Shown here: piece after piece, positions 35,570 through 47,042 of the stretch
Layout of the letters: each line of letters starts with the position of its first letter
Numbering within the stretch: the first letter of the stretch is position 1
Assembly: GCA_002104905.1 (NCBI GenBank)
Contig: MCFE01000474.1
Location: 1-64,000 of the forward strand
Length of the DNA stretch: 64,000 nucleotides
Direction of reading: 5' to 3'
Source: Basidiobolus meristosporus CBS 931.73
Lineage: Eukaryota; Fungi; Basidiobolomycota
The notes under the pieces: model-generated
Seen by the model: only the letters and a program-made list of their open reading frames with translations
What the model was told of the DNA's origin: nothing
The model's database searches: none
Program-made: the position numbers and the translations under genes

Positions 35570-36919
35570 TCAATTTTTCACTCTAGAAATTGGCTGATCA
35601 TTGATCATTTTGCGCAAATAATCAAAATTGATGTGCCCAAATCTCCTGTGCCAAAGCATTGGTGTTTCTTCATTTAAGTTACTTAAATTGGCTTCCAGAT
35701 ATGATGGAATATAAGTCAACTTGTATAGATTCTGATCTCTGATGCCCAAAGCAATATGGGCACCATTTTGATCAGTGATCCTGCATCCAGAATTGTCAAA
35801 ACTGAAACTGAGTCCTTCTGCTGTGGCCTTGCTTACAGAGAGTAGGTTCTTTGCTATTTCTGGTACATAGAGTACTTCTTTAAAGGTCAGTGTATGGCTT
35901 CCTTCACTGCTTCTAAGGTTTACTTGGATAGTTCCTTCTCCCACTGCATCAAGTGTTCTATTGTCACCCATGAAAACCTTCTTAATTGGAATTTCTTGAT
36001 ATTGGGTAAAAAGTTCTTTTTGGTGTGTAAAGTGTTGAGATGCTCCAGAGTCAATATACCACGTCTGAGAACCCTTGTTTGTGGTCATATTTAGTGCAGA
36101 TATGAATAGTCTATCTTCAGTTGTTGCAGCATTTCCATATTCAGGCTTCTTTTGCTGATTATCTCTCTTTTTGAGACACCGGTCTGATGTGTGTCCTTTC
36201 CTTTTGCAGTAGTTACAAAACAGGTTGCTGTTGCCTTTGTAGGGTGTTGGGTACCTCCTTTGTTGGTTATCATTGCTTATTAAAGCATTTTCTTCTTCCT
36301 TCTTATTAGCACATGATTTTCTTAATTCTTCATCCAGGAGCCTTCCATATATGTAATCTAAGGTCAAATCTTCAGTTCTGGACTCTAGGGCAGATACAAG
36401 GCCCTGAAACTTGTCTGTCAAGCTATTTAGGATGGTAACTATCACATCCTCATCAGTAGTTGGTACGCCCACAGATTCCATCTCATCTACCAGCAGGGTA
36501 ATTCTGTAAATTAGATTTTTCATTTCTTCTCCTGGCAGCATCTTTGTAGTAAAGAATTCTTGTCTCAGGTACATCTTCTTGGCAGCTGAACATGACTGGT
36601 AGGTGTCTTCTAATGCTTTCCAGGCATTCTTTGCTGTTTTTGCTCTTGAGCATTGAATTATCAATTTGTCCTTGACATTAAGGCAAATGCAGTTAAAGGC
36701 ACTTTGTTCTTTCTTCTGGTACTTTAAGGCTTCCTCTCCCATATTTTTAGGAGGGCATTCTTCTCCCATGACAATATCCCAAAGGCCTCTTTCTTGTAGC
36801 AGCATCTTCATCTTCACCTGCCATACTTGGTAGTTAGATCCATCCAACTTTTCAGCAGAGGAAAAAATTCCAGTAATAGCAGTAGTAGACATTGCAGAGA
36901 GTGACAGCTTGGGGCTCAT
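35570..36919 (-). CDS. C2 gag-protease ORF
   Basis: KLDGSNYQVW, CCHC knuckle CNYCKRKGHTSDRC, protease WYIDSGASQH, LWHRRFGH; the first ATG downstream of the LTR lies inside the PBS. Confidence 0.88.
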   Translation of the reverse strand: MSPKLSLSAMSTTAITGIFSSAEKLDGSNYQVWQVKMKMLLQERGLWDIVMGEECPPKNMGEEALKYQKKEQSAFNCICLNVKDKLIIQCSRAKTAKNAWKALEDTYQSCSAAKKMYLRQEFFTTKMLPGEEMKNLIYRITLLVDEMESVGVPTTDEDVIVTILNSLTDKFQGLVSALESRTEDLTLDYIYGRLLDEELRKSCANKKEEENALISNDNQQRRYPTPYKGNSNLFCNYCKRKGHTSDRCLKKRDNQQKKPEYGNAATTEDRLFISALNMTTNKGSQTWYIDSGASQHFTHQKELFTQYQEIPIKKVFMGDNRTLDAVGEGTIQVNLRSSEGSHTLTFKEVLYVPEIAKNLLSVSKATAEGLSFSFDNSGCRITDQNGAHIALGIRDQNLYKLTYIPSYLEANLSNLNEETPMLWHRRFGHINFDYLRKMINDQPISRVKN

Positions 36920-36923
36920 AACC
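36909..36923 (-). promoter_or_regulatory. Primer binding site GGTTATGAGCCCCAA (half-tRNA-iMet type)
   Basis: Abuts the C2 5' LTR; identical to the C1 PBS. Confidence 0.9.
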
Positions 36924-39422
36924 TGTTGTAAGAGTCTTGGAGATATTGGAAGTGATTGGGAGAACAAGTATATTATGTGGTTTTCACTTAATGATTTATT
37001 GAATGTAAAAGTAGTATTTATACTTTTACATGGTCTTGGCATTACAAACACGTAGAATAGGCTAAGGAAGGTCCCAAGAGCATGTGTGTAAAGTTTGGGG
37101 CTGTTTGGACAACTTTGAGAATTTTCATGTTCTGGGTACCTGGTATTTTGGTGAAAATATTCCAAGTAAATCCCAACAAGGAATTTGGTCAGTATTCTCT
37201 ATGATTTGAAGGTGATGATCTAAGTGACCAAGTTAGGTGAATATTTAGGTGCAAATACAAATTTTTACAACATCAAAAAGTACCAAATGGAAGACTGTAA
37301 GCTGGCAGCTACCACAAAGGCAACAAACCTTGATTTGGTCAAAACTCAACCAAATCAAGAGTGCTTGATGCTATCTGAAAGCCCTGACTTTTCATATCAG
37401 TTAATGGTTGGCAATCAGATGTATATTATACTTGGAACATGTCCAGATATCTTATATCCAGTGGGAGTTGTCAGCCAATATAATAAGAACAGGATCTTGT
37501 GGGATACTCTGATATGGATTGGGGACAAAATTTATAGGACTGAAACTCCACAACAGGAAACACCTTTTGTTATGGTGAAGGGACAATTTCATTGAGTTGA
37601 GGAAAGCAACCAACTGTGACACTTTCCACCACAGAAGTAGAGTGTATGGCAGCCTCTGAAGCCACAAAAGAAGCAATTTGGTTAAGAAAGCTTTTTAATA
37701 TCTTAGGTTGGTGTCAAAAAATGCCTGTTACTTTATTTCAAAAGTATTAAGGGTGTATACTACTCCATCTAAATATTCACCTAGCTTAGTCACTTAGATC
37801 ATTACCTACAGCACTTAGAGCATGCTGAGCAAGTCCCTTGTTGGGATTTGCTCAGAATGTATTCACCAAAACATCAGGTACCCACAAGATGAGAATTAGA
37901 TAAGTTGTCCAAACAGCCCCAAGCTTTACACACATGCTCTTGGGACCTTCCCAGACATACTCAACAAGTTTTTTATGCCAAGACCATGTAAAGTAGAAAT
38001 GCTACTTTTACATTCAATAAATCATTGGGTGAAAACCGCATCATCCACTTGTTCTCCCAGTCACTTCCAATATCTCCAAGACTCTTACAACAGATGACAC
38101 TATTAAGTAGACCCCAACAAGGAATCTGATTAGAGTTACCTAAGATCTGTAGGTAATAATCAAAGTGACTAAGTTAGGTGCATATATATGTGCAATTACA
38201 AACTTTAAAATACTTACTACCCTACCCTGGTTGCAGTGCTATCCCTATGAAATATGCCAAAGCTGTAATTCATTAGATTTTTAGCTGGTATTTAGCTGAT
38301 TTTCTGATGGTGTTTTGCTGGTATTCAGCTAGTGTTTCTGCTTCAAATGTCAATAGTAATTTTGGGTAGAAGTAATGAGCAGCTGATTACCAAGTTTGGT
38401 ATGATTCCTAGTTGGCCTTGCCTCCCCCTGGAATGGATGTCTGCTGCAATGCTAGTACCTGGAATATTGAGAGTTTTCACTTTTGGGAAAGTTGAAATTC
38501 AGCTGATATTCTGATGGTATCCTGTTGGCCTTTTCTCAATTTTTTTTTCTTAGGGGATAGTAGAGCCTACTAAGAATGCACTGACTCCATTATAAGACAT
38601 GGGCCAGTCACAACCAGAAAATATTCCAACAAAACCCAAATAGGGGACTGGGCAGACAGTACAAGGGTCTAGAAGGGATGATCTTGGTTTCCAGATCAAC
38701 ATTGAGGCTTACATGCGCTTACAAAAGTTACAACAATTGCAAAAGAAATTCATGTTTGGAATTCCCGCATTTCCAAAGTTGTACTGCTGATTGTAATGGA
38801 TGGGGGAGCTGGTAAGAAACTGGACCATTGCACTCGTTCGCCTTGGCCCCTGATCACGCTCCTCCTAGACATCCAGTACGTTGGTAGCTGGTTCCAGTGG
38901 TTACGCCCAAGTAGTGACCACGTTGTCATTGGAGTGAGTGGCTGGCATCCATCCGTGCCCACGTGGTACATTCTCAACAAAAGCCAAGTGGTGTGGCCGT
39001 AGCCCTCTGTCCTCCATCGCTATATCCCCCACAATTACATCCGAAACGCACCATCTGCCTAGTTGCATGGACGATACAACGAAGAGCCTGTCCGTAATTC
39101 TGTAGTGTCTCTTGTCCCCTCTCTGTTGAACCGGGCCCCTCGGCGATTTTCGTCAGTCAATGCATCCCACCGGCCTTAAATGCCGATGCCGGATTGAATT
39201 ACGCATTCGATCTGGCATGACGTTGGAAGGCTGCCTTCTTCTGGCCACGTGATCCACCAATCAGGGGCGTGAACACCGAAATCACGGGCATAGGGCTAGG
39301 GTTAGGCTGAAATTGATTTAGGTCACGCAATAGGGAGGGGGGTGGAGACCGGATCCGACCGTGATATATATATATATATACGATCCATCGAGATCCTGTG
39401 TGGACGATTTCTCACTTTCATT

Positions 39423-41480
39423 ATGCGGTGGCTTTACTTCGCACCTTTACTACAGATACTGCCTCAGAGCTGGGCGGGAAGACCCTTCACTCCGGAAGAT
39501 CTTGTCTCTCTGGACCGGCCTGGTGAGGCCATTCCGTCGCCGGACGGGAGACTAGCAGTGTTCAGCAGCTCCCGGTATAACCTTACCTCGAATTCGAACC
39601 TTCGAAACCTGTGGCTCCTGGATACGTCCACTGGGGAAGTCACCAGCCTCACAACCCCTGGAAAGTCTGGCGACGGGGAGCCAATTTGGCTGGATGACAC
39701 CACGGTGGGCTTTGTTGCCACCCACGGCCAGACCTCCCAGCTATGGTCGGTGGACGTGACGAGCGGCAGCTCCACTCCGGTGCAGGTGACCAAGTTCCCC
39801 ATCGACATCGGGAACATCAAGTACCACGCACCAACTCGCCTCCTCACCTTTACCGCGGCGGTGTATTCGGACGGGGGAATCGAGAATGCCGCCACCAGAG
39901 ATCAATCGGCCTCGTTGCGAGCCGACACCGCCCTCGTGTACGATCACCTCTTCGTCAGACACTGGGACCACTTCGTCACTGAGAAGAAGCAGAACATCTT
40001 TGCAGTGCACTTGGCCAAGAGTCGGGATGGCTACAACCTGGTTGGGGAGCCAGTGAATGTGATGGCCAAAGCCCCCTTGGAATCCCCGGTGGATCCGTTC
40101 GGGGACGCGGGAGACTATGCCATCTCCCCGGATGGTAAGGAGATCGCCTTCCTATCCAAGCGGCCCGGCAGAGATCAGGCTTGGGAGACGGACATCAATG
40201 TTTACGTGGTGGCCTCGGATGGCTCCACCAATCCGAAATCCCTGACCGACCAAAACCTGGGCCAAACTGCATCTCCGGCTTACTCCCCGGACGGTAGCAC
40301 CCTGGCGTGGCTGCAGATGGAGCGACCTGGGTTCGAGGCGGATCGTCTACGGGTCATTCTGTTCGATCGGGAGTCCCAGCAGTCGAGCTACCTCAACCAG
40401 AAATGGGATCGCAGCCCCAGTAGCATCACCTGGTCCACCGATTCCAAGTCTCTCTACCTACCCACCAACGACCACGGTCGAATCAAGCTATTCGAGGCGA
40501 ATGTTCGCACAGGACGCATCCGGCCGCTGACCGAGCAGGGTAGTGTGGCCTCGGTTTCGGTCCTAGATGAGGATTCGTTACTTCTGACCGCGAACGCGAT
40601 GCACCATCCCAATGAGTTCTACACCCTGAAGGTCCAAGGAAACAAGCTGACCCAGATCTCCCGCATCCACGAGGCCAAGACCAGCCAGCTGTACCTCCCG
40701 GAAGCGGAGGACTTCTGGTTCTCCGGCGCCAAAGGGGACAAAGTCCAAGGTTGGATACTGAAGCCTTACGACTTCGACCCGAAGAAGACCTATCCGGTCG
40801 CGTTTCTGGTGCACGGTGGCCCACAAAGCGCCTGGACCGACTCTTGGAGCACCCGTTGGAACCCTGAGATCTACGCCTCCGCCGGCTATGTCACAGTGGC
40901 GATCAATCCACGAGGTTCCACCGGCTACGGTCAGAAGTTCACCGACGAGATCTCGCGTAACTGGGGAGGCCTTCCATTTTATGATTTGATGAAAGGCCTG
41001 GACTACGTCCTGGCCAAGTACAAGTTCACCGACAAGCGTCGTGTATGTGCCTTGGGTGCCAGTTACGGCGGGTACATGATGAACTGGTTCAACGGGCACA
41101 CCAATCGGTTCAAGTGCTTGGTCAACCACGACGGGATGTTCTCCAGCGTCGGAAGCTTCTACTCCACTGAGGAGCTTTGGTTCCCTGAGTGGGAGTTCGG
41201 AGGAAAACCGTGGGAGCCCAAAGCGAGGATGATCTACGAGAGGTGGTCCCCGGCCAACTACGTCCAACGCTGGCAGACGCCTACCTTGGTCATCCACGGC
41301 GGCAAGGATTATCGTTTGGTCGACGGGGAAGGCTTCTCGACCTTCACCGCGCTGCAACGACAAAATATCCCCTCTCGTCTGGTCTACTTCCCCGACGAGA
41401 ACCACTGGGTGTTGAAACATGCCAACTCCCTCCGCTGGCATGCCGAGGTCTTAGGTTGGCTCCACCAGTGGACCCATTGA
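39423..41480 (+). CDS. DPP5: Secreted dipeptidyl-peptidase V (peptidase family S9C), 685 aa, intronless
   Basis: Signal-like MRWLYFAPLLQILPQSWA, beta-propeller SPDG repeats, VHGGPQ, NPRGSTGYGQ, nucleophile GASYGG, HGGKDYR, ENHWV. Confidence 0.92.
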   Translation: MRWLYFAPLLQILPQSWAGRPFTPEDLVSLDRPGEAIPSPDGRLAVFSSSRYNLTSNSNLRNLWLLDTSTGEVTSLTTPGKSGDGEPIWLDDTTVGFVATHGQTSQLWSVDVTSGSSTPVQVTKFPIDIGNIKYHAPTRLLTFTAAVYSDGGIENAATRDQSASLRADTALVYDHLFVRHWDHFVTEKKQNIFAVHLAKSRDGYNLVGEPVNVMAKAPLESPVDPFGDAGDYAISPDGKEIAFLSKRPGRDQAWETDINVYVVASDGSTNPKSLTDQNLGQTASPAYSPDGSTLAWLQMERPGFEADRLRVILFDRESQQSSYLNQKWDRSPSSITWSTDSKSLYLPTNDHGRIKLFEANVRTGRIRPLTEQGSVASVSVLDEDSLLLTANAMHHPNEFYTLKVQGNKLTQISRIHEAKTSQLYLPEAEDFWFSGAKGDKVQGWILKPYDFDPKKTYPVAFLVHGGPQSAWTDSWSTRWNPEIYASAGYVTVAINPRGSTGYGQKFTDEISRNWGGLPFYDLMKGLDYVLAKYKFTDKRRVCALGASYGGYMMNWFNGHTNRFKCLVNHDGMFSSVGSFYSTEELWFPEWEFGGKPWEPKARMIYERWSPANYVQRWQTPTLVIHGGKDYRLVDGEGFSTFTALQRQNIPSRLVYFPDENHWVLKHANSLRWHAEVLGWLHQWTH

Positions 41481-41795
41481 GGATCAGCTTAAAACAGAAT
41501 ATTTAAAGCAACATTCAATTCCTGTATATCCAATGAATAAACCCAATCCTCATCTGATCCAATTGGCCCACCCAGGGAATGTTTGTTTACTGGAAGAAAT
41601 TGTTGATCCAGATTAGAGTGCCCCTCCGAGAGAGGTAAACAATGGCCAGTGAGGAAGTTGGAAGACAGTAGGTTCCTCACCAACATTCGTTAGCTAGACT
41701 TGACTCGAAGCCCATCTTTTCGGGAGACAGACACTCAGTTTAAGCACGAAACCCCCCCCCATTTAAAGTTTAGTGAAGACCTCCTCTGGAGAACT

Positions 41796-44700
41796 ATGAC
41801 AAACACTATTTCTCAACCAGAGAGCGACCTATTCGATGAGGACGCTTTCGAAGCGTTGGCTGAGTACGAGAGCACCACAGGAGACGCCTCGTTAAACGGT
41901 AGTTTCCCTTGACCTCTGTACAGTACTCCTCCGGACGAGCCTTATTAACTCTGCTCTCCCTTCGTTTTCTACGCTCCTCTAGACCCAAAATTCAAGTTCA
42001 AAAAGGCAAAGAAGTTGGTGTTCCCAACCCAATTATCTAGCAGCCCACCTGGTAAGTTTCCCTCTGCGCTCTGGCTGCTTTTGCTTCCCTCGTGCTCGAT
42101 GTAGTAACCAGCTCCATCCCTTGTCTAGCTAATATGGACCGAACTGTTCTTTTGACCTCGGAAGGGGAGCACATGACGTCTGGTTACTTGGCTTCCTCGC
42201 CAACGAACTACAAATCGTTTCAGACCCAGGATTCCGACGACGACGACGAACTACTCGTCATGAGTGTACCCCAACAGGAGCAGGGGAAACATAGCCCAAC
42301 CCACATCCCTGGTATAGGCGAGCTGCCCCTTTCCGACGTGGAGGAGTTCATCTCACAAGGGACCCCATTCGAAACTGGGTCATTGGACGAGTTCAATTCG
42401 CAAGCTGCACCTTCAGAAGAGAGCTCCATGCCGTCCACCTTTATGGAGATGGAGTCAGCCCCCGGCATCGATCCCTCCGAAACGGATGTTGCCGTGGAGA
42501 GGTTGAACACATCGAAAGCCTGCTTCACCGGCACTACCGAGCTAAACCCAGACAGCCCGGAGCAGGAGAATTCGGAGACCGAGGCATCTAGTGGTTTAGC
42601 ATTTCCCACTCCCATACAGCCCGACATTTCGCAAAACCTACTGTTCCTGAGCGATGATGAGGACGAGAATGAAGGTGAGGATGCGATGTCGAACAATGCC
42701 TCTGGACAGGAACTATTCGCCAACAAACTGTTGCACAACGGTGGTAAGGAAAGCGGGAGGTTCGGCGGCCTATTTGCAACAAGCTTTACCAAGGGCATTG
42801 TGGAGCAAGGGAGTGACGATGCCATGGATTCTGGTCGTCAACCGGGGGACTCTTCATCCATTCCGGATACCCAGAATACCAGCGGCACCTTGTTCCCGGA
42901 CACGCAACCCTCGGACTTCTCCTTGGATCCAATGGGGATCCCTGCCATCCACGATCCACTGGATAAGGGAAAGGGGAAGGCCCGAGAAAGTTTCGAAGAC
43001 GCCGAGGATCAAACGGCGTTATTCATGAACGTTCCTGATGAGCTAGACGACCCGGAACTGCAAGAGATGTACAGCATGCACGGGGAATCGGAAGAGTTCC
43101 AGGAGCTGCTTTCCCTGGAAAAATCCGAATCCCTGGTCAACCACAAGAAGCGGGTGTTGGACGACAACGACTTCGCCATCAGCGTAGCTGAACTGGAAAC
43201 CACCGGAGAACCCATCGAAAGCTTAAAGAGTAAGTGCCCCATCCTCATCCTCGTCACCCTGGCAACAGTCATTGAACGACTCCGTTGACTATTTTAGAGC
43301 CATCCCCGCCAAGAAAAACCCTACGTTCCAAAGACACCCTGCAAGGGAGAAACGTCCCTCGAAAGGTCTTCACCCCTCACCTACGTTACACGAAGGACTA
43401 CACAGAGATCCCGGAGACGGGGGCCTTTGTGTCGGCTACCACCAGCGAGGGAGCCTCCTTATTCTTCTCTCACAAAACCTCCTCCTACATCAAGCCGCAA
43501 TACCAGCAGAAGAAACCGCAGAGCGGTAGCCTTCTCACCACCTCGATCTACCGAATCATGGACGAGCTGGATGACGAGCGATTCCACGAAGCACGAAACC
43601 ACTCGTCCCACCGATCGGAGGAACCCGAGAACCTCCCTCAAGAGAGGATCGAAACGGACCTGTGGGTGAACAAATACGCGCCTGGTCGATTCACCGAACT
43701 CCTCGGGGACGATCGATTGAATCTCCAGGTGCTCACCTGGCTGAAGGAATGGGATTACTGCGTATTCAAGAAGGGCCCCAAACCGGGGAAAAAGCCCATC
43801 CACCACTCGAAGTTCGACTCTGCCCCGAAGCCGGTCGACCCCTACGGCAGACCACAACGGAAGATTCTGCTGCTGACCGGGCCCCCAGGTTTGGGTAAAA
43901 CGACGCTAGCCCACATCATTGGCAAGACCGCAGGGTACAATATCGTCGAGGTCAACGCCAGTGACGATCGAACCGGAGCCATGTTGAAATCCAAGCTGGT
44001 CTCGGCTACGGAAATGAGGTCCGTCCTGGGCGACAAGCGGCCAAACCTCTTGGTGATCGATGAGATCGATGGGGTTGCCCCCGGCAGCAAGGACCAGGGA
44101 TTCATCAACCTCCTGGTTGACACCATTACTGCTGGCAGTCAGCTGCCTAGCGACGGCGGCCAGGCGAAAAGCAAGAAGCGCAAGGGAAAGCACTCCCGGC
44201 CCCCACTCCTGCGGCCGATCATCTGTATATGTAACGACCAGTATGCACCCGTACTGCGTCCATTACGAACGATCGCACAGATCCATGTGGTCCGACCTTG
44301 CTCGGCCAACAAGCTGATCGATAGGCTGCACTACATCTGCCAAGAGGAAGATATGGTCGCCGATAGCAAGGCGCTGAACGCCCTGTACGAGATGACCGAC
44401 GGGGATCTCCGTTCATGTCTGAACACCCTGCAATTCCTCAAACGAAAGACCCGCCACGTGACCATCGACACGCTGTCCCAGGTATACATCGGTCGCAAGG
44501 ATATGTCGAAATCGCTCTTCACTGTGTGGGAGAATATCTTCCTCAACTCGAGCAAGCATCGCAAAACGATCAAGTTCCACTCGGCCACGGACGACTTCTG
44601 CGAGCACGGAAGCCCAGGGGAGCTGGAGAACCGGTACGTGAGCTCGCTGGTGTCGCTGGTCCACACGAACAACGAGTACGACAAACTCGTCCAGGGGGTG

Positions 44701-45573
44701 TTCCACAACTATCTCAACCAACGCTTCTACGACGGCTCCGGGGACAAGCTTCACAAGGCAGGCGAGTGGCTCTTCTTCTACGACCAGATGAACGCCTCGG
44801 TGTGGTCGAGCCAGCACATGGAACTATACAGCTACCTCGCCTACCCCATCGTCGGTTTCCATCCACTTTTCTCAAGCACCACACGGCCCTACATAGAGTA
44901 TCCCAACAAGCAATTCGAGACAGACCAATCCAAGCGCATGAAACGCAATATCATCGACGGGATGCTGGGCAACTTGCGGCCCACCGCCCGACGGAACTTC
45001 ACCTCGACCTCCATCTCACTGGAGCTGATCTCGCCCTTGCTCCGGATCATCTCACCCGAGCTCAAGTCGGTGAACTCCCAGTTGCTGCGAGCCACGGAGA
45101 AGGCCACTCTGGAGAGGCTGGTGGAGCTAATGATAGGATTCGGGTTGAACTTCGTCCAGGAGAAAGCGGAGGAAGCCGGGTTCGTGTACCGGATGGAGCC
45201 CCCGCTGGAAAAGCTCCTGGAGCTGTCCACCTCTCAAGCAACCGCGATCCTGATCAACCGGTACGCCGTTCGACAGCTCATCTCCCAGCACATTGAGATG
45301 GAGCTCGTGCGCAGGAAGGAGGCCAAACTCGAGGCCGAAAAGAAGGACCTTTCACACGCCAAGACCCCGTCGAAACGGGAGGATAAGCTGATCACCTCCA
45401 CGATGACCACGTTCTTCTTGCGCAAGTCTCCTCGTGACAGCAAGCGAGACTCCCACCCCGTCGCCCAGTCCCCTAAGAATCCGAATCACGCCAAGCCGCT
45501 GGTCTGGTACAAGTACCACCAAGGTCTCTCAGACGCAGTGAGAAAGCCCATGTACGTGAACGACTGGTTCTAA
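41796..45573 (+). CDS. CTF18: Chromosome transmission fidelity protein 18 (alternative RFC large subunit); exons 41796-41898, 41983-42051, 42105-43229, 43298-45573, ~1190 aa
   Basis: LWVNKYAP, Walker A GPPGLGKTT, EVNASDDR, VIDEIDG, RPIICICND, GDLRSCLNTLQF, C-terminal WYKYHQGLSDAVRKP; GT-AG introns keep the frame. The 5' exons are less certain. Confidence 0.93.
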
Positions 45574-45763
45574 CGTCGCCTCGCGCCCACCATTCCGCAT
45601 CCCCCGACATACACACCTCCCCCCTCACCCTTCGTGGTTGTACCATATTCTTTGCTAATAAATTAGACTAAACCCTCAAGCGGCTTTATTTGGGAATTCA
45701 ACTATGTACAGTATATACCATTAGATGGTTGTTCGATTGCTTTAGGCAACCATCAGGGAAGCG

Positions 45764-46458
45764 TCATGATGGGATTTTACGCCGGCCGTGTCGCAATTGA
45801 TGGCATTCGTAAGGCGCACCTCTCTTGGCGGTGGCGTGGACGGGCTCGCTGGAAGTCGGGAAGGTCCGGGGGTTCCCGCTTGCCGTCGTAGTCCGCAGCA
45901 ACACCGACCACTTCTCAAAAGACCGCGTGGTAATGAACAGCTGAAATTGGATGGCTTTGAGGAACTCCAGCTCGTCTGTGTTAAGCTGGGGAATAGGAAT
46001 GTTGGACAGCCTAGACCATGTCTGGGTGGAGACGGCCCGATCCTGTAGGAACTTGTGGGCTGTGACCAAAGCGGCCATGAAGAGTCTACCGCCACATCCC
46101 ACCGGTGACTGAACACCCTTCTCGCGGAAACGGCCCAGAGGGTCCTCCTCAGCAGGAACCGCCCTCATACTATTCAGCCGAAACAGGTACAATATGGCGG
46201 TGAGCAGAGTCGAGTAGGTGGTCCCGGAGTAGTGGACCACCCGACGGAGGAAGCAGTTGAGTTGGAAGGTATCGAAGGTTTGCGACAGGATGGAGTGCAG
46301 CGTCAACACCGCAAAGTCTACACAATAGATGGTGGGGGAGGGGTTAACCCTTGGCGTGCGCTCGCTCTCGACGGGAACTTACCAAAAGTCAGATCCAGGA
46401 AATTCGCTTTGTTGCCAGCCAAAGACACCCCGCTTCTGGTTGAGATACTTGCGCTCAT
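45764..46458 (-). CDS. Pho80/Pcl-family cyclin; exons 46458-46383, 46317-45764
   Basis: LLTAILYLFRL, RLFMAALVTAHKFLQDRAVSTQTWSRLS, LNTDELEFLKAIQFQLFI match the Pcl cyclin box. Confidence 0.85.
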
Positions 46459-47042
46459 TCTGGGTTAGGTTCACAACACAAATCAAGGTGGGGGCAAGGC
46501 AATATGATCCATGCACGTGGTGAGAGGTAATTTGCGACTAGGGCTAACTCTTCTCTTGAAGCGGGAACACGTAAAATCAGCCACGGTGTAACAAGGAAGA
46601 GGTCTGCGTTAAAAAAAAAAGAAGCTTGTATTCCTGTGACTAGGTCTTGAGGTCTCCCAAGAAGAGAAGACTAGCCAAAATTTGGTGAGAATGGGCCAAT
46701 TTAAGAGAAAAATCCAGACCCTCCAACCAACGAGGAATCAATCTATCGACTAGACCAAATTTGTTGAGATTGACTCATGCCAAGATCTGCCAAGGCTGAT
46801 CGTCATTTCAACCAAACAACGTTGATTAACTCGTGGGTTAAGATGAGAAGGATGATTTAACCTGGCCTCCCCAGCTGGCCAATGGGATGAGCCATGAATG
46901 TGTTTACGTTTTCATGAATTGTTTTGGAGAGGGAAATTTTTTTCTAGTGTCGAGGCTACTTATTGTCGAGATCGTTGTTGGCCCACCATTTCACCACATT
47001 CCCCGCCGATAGTTGATTATGTTGGACGCATCTAAGATTGCT

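Larger units (their letters stand above)
32773..37272 (-). mobile_element. Ty1/copia element C2, 4500 bp, two 349-bp LTRs, TSD TCAAG/TCAAA
   Basis: LTRs 32773-33121 and 36924-37272 (TGTTGTAA...TTACAACA), PBS 36909-36923, PPT GAGTGGGAG, gag-PR-IN-RT-RH order; a frameshift, in-frame stops and an integrase deletion. Confidence 0.95.
30770..38092 (+). mobile_element. Decayed copia copy C3 (integrase-RT-RNase H, 3' LTR ~37757-38092), interrupted by C2 (start approximate)
   Basis: Homologous to C2 in the opposite orientation; RT reads QDIF/KKYQMEDCK across the C2 site; RKQPTVTLSTTEVE motif; LTR ends CTTACAACA. Confidence 0.85.

Noticed and set aside
36924-37165. ORF running from inside the C2 5' LTR into gag
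   Set aside because: It starts at a non-ATG codon, and the same frame is closed by a stop in the 3' LTR copy.
39289-39308. TAGGGCTAGGGTTAGG telomere-like motif upstream of DPP5
   Set aside because: Only two to three imperfect units; compatible with chance or a simple promoter motif.
39423-41480. Intronless DPP5 as a bacterial horizontal transfer
   Set aside because: DppV is widespread in fungi, and the neighbouring CTF18 also has a 2.3-kb exon with similar composition.
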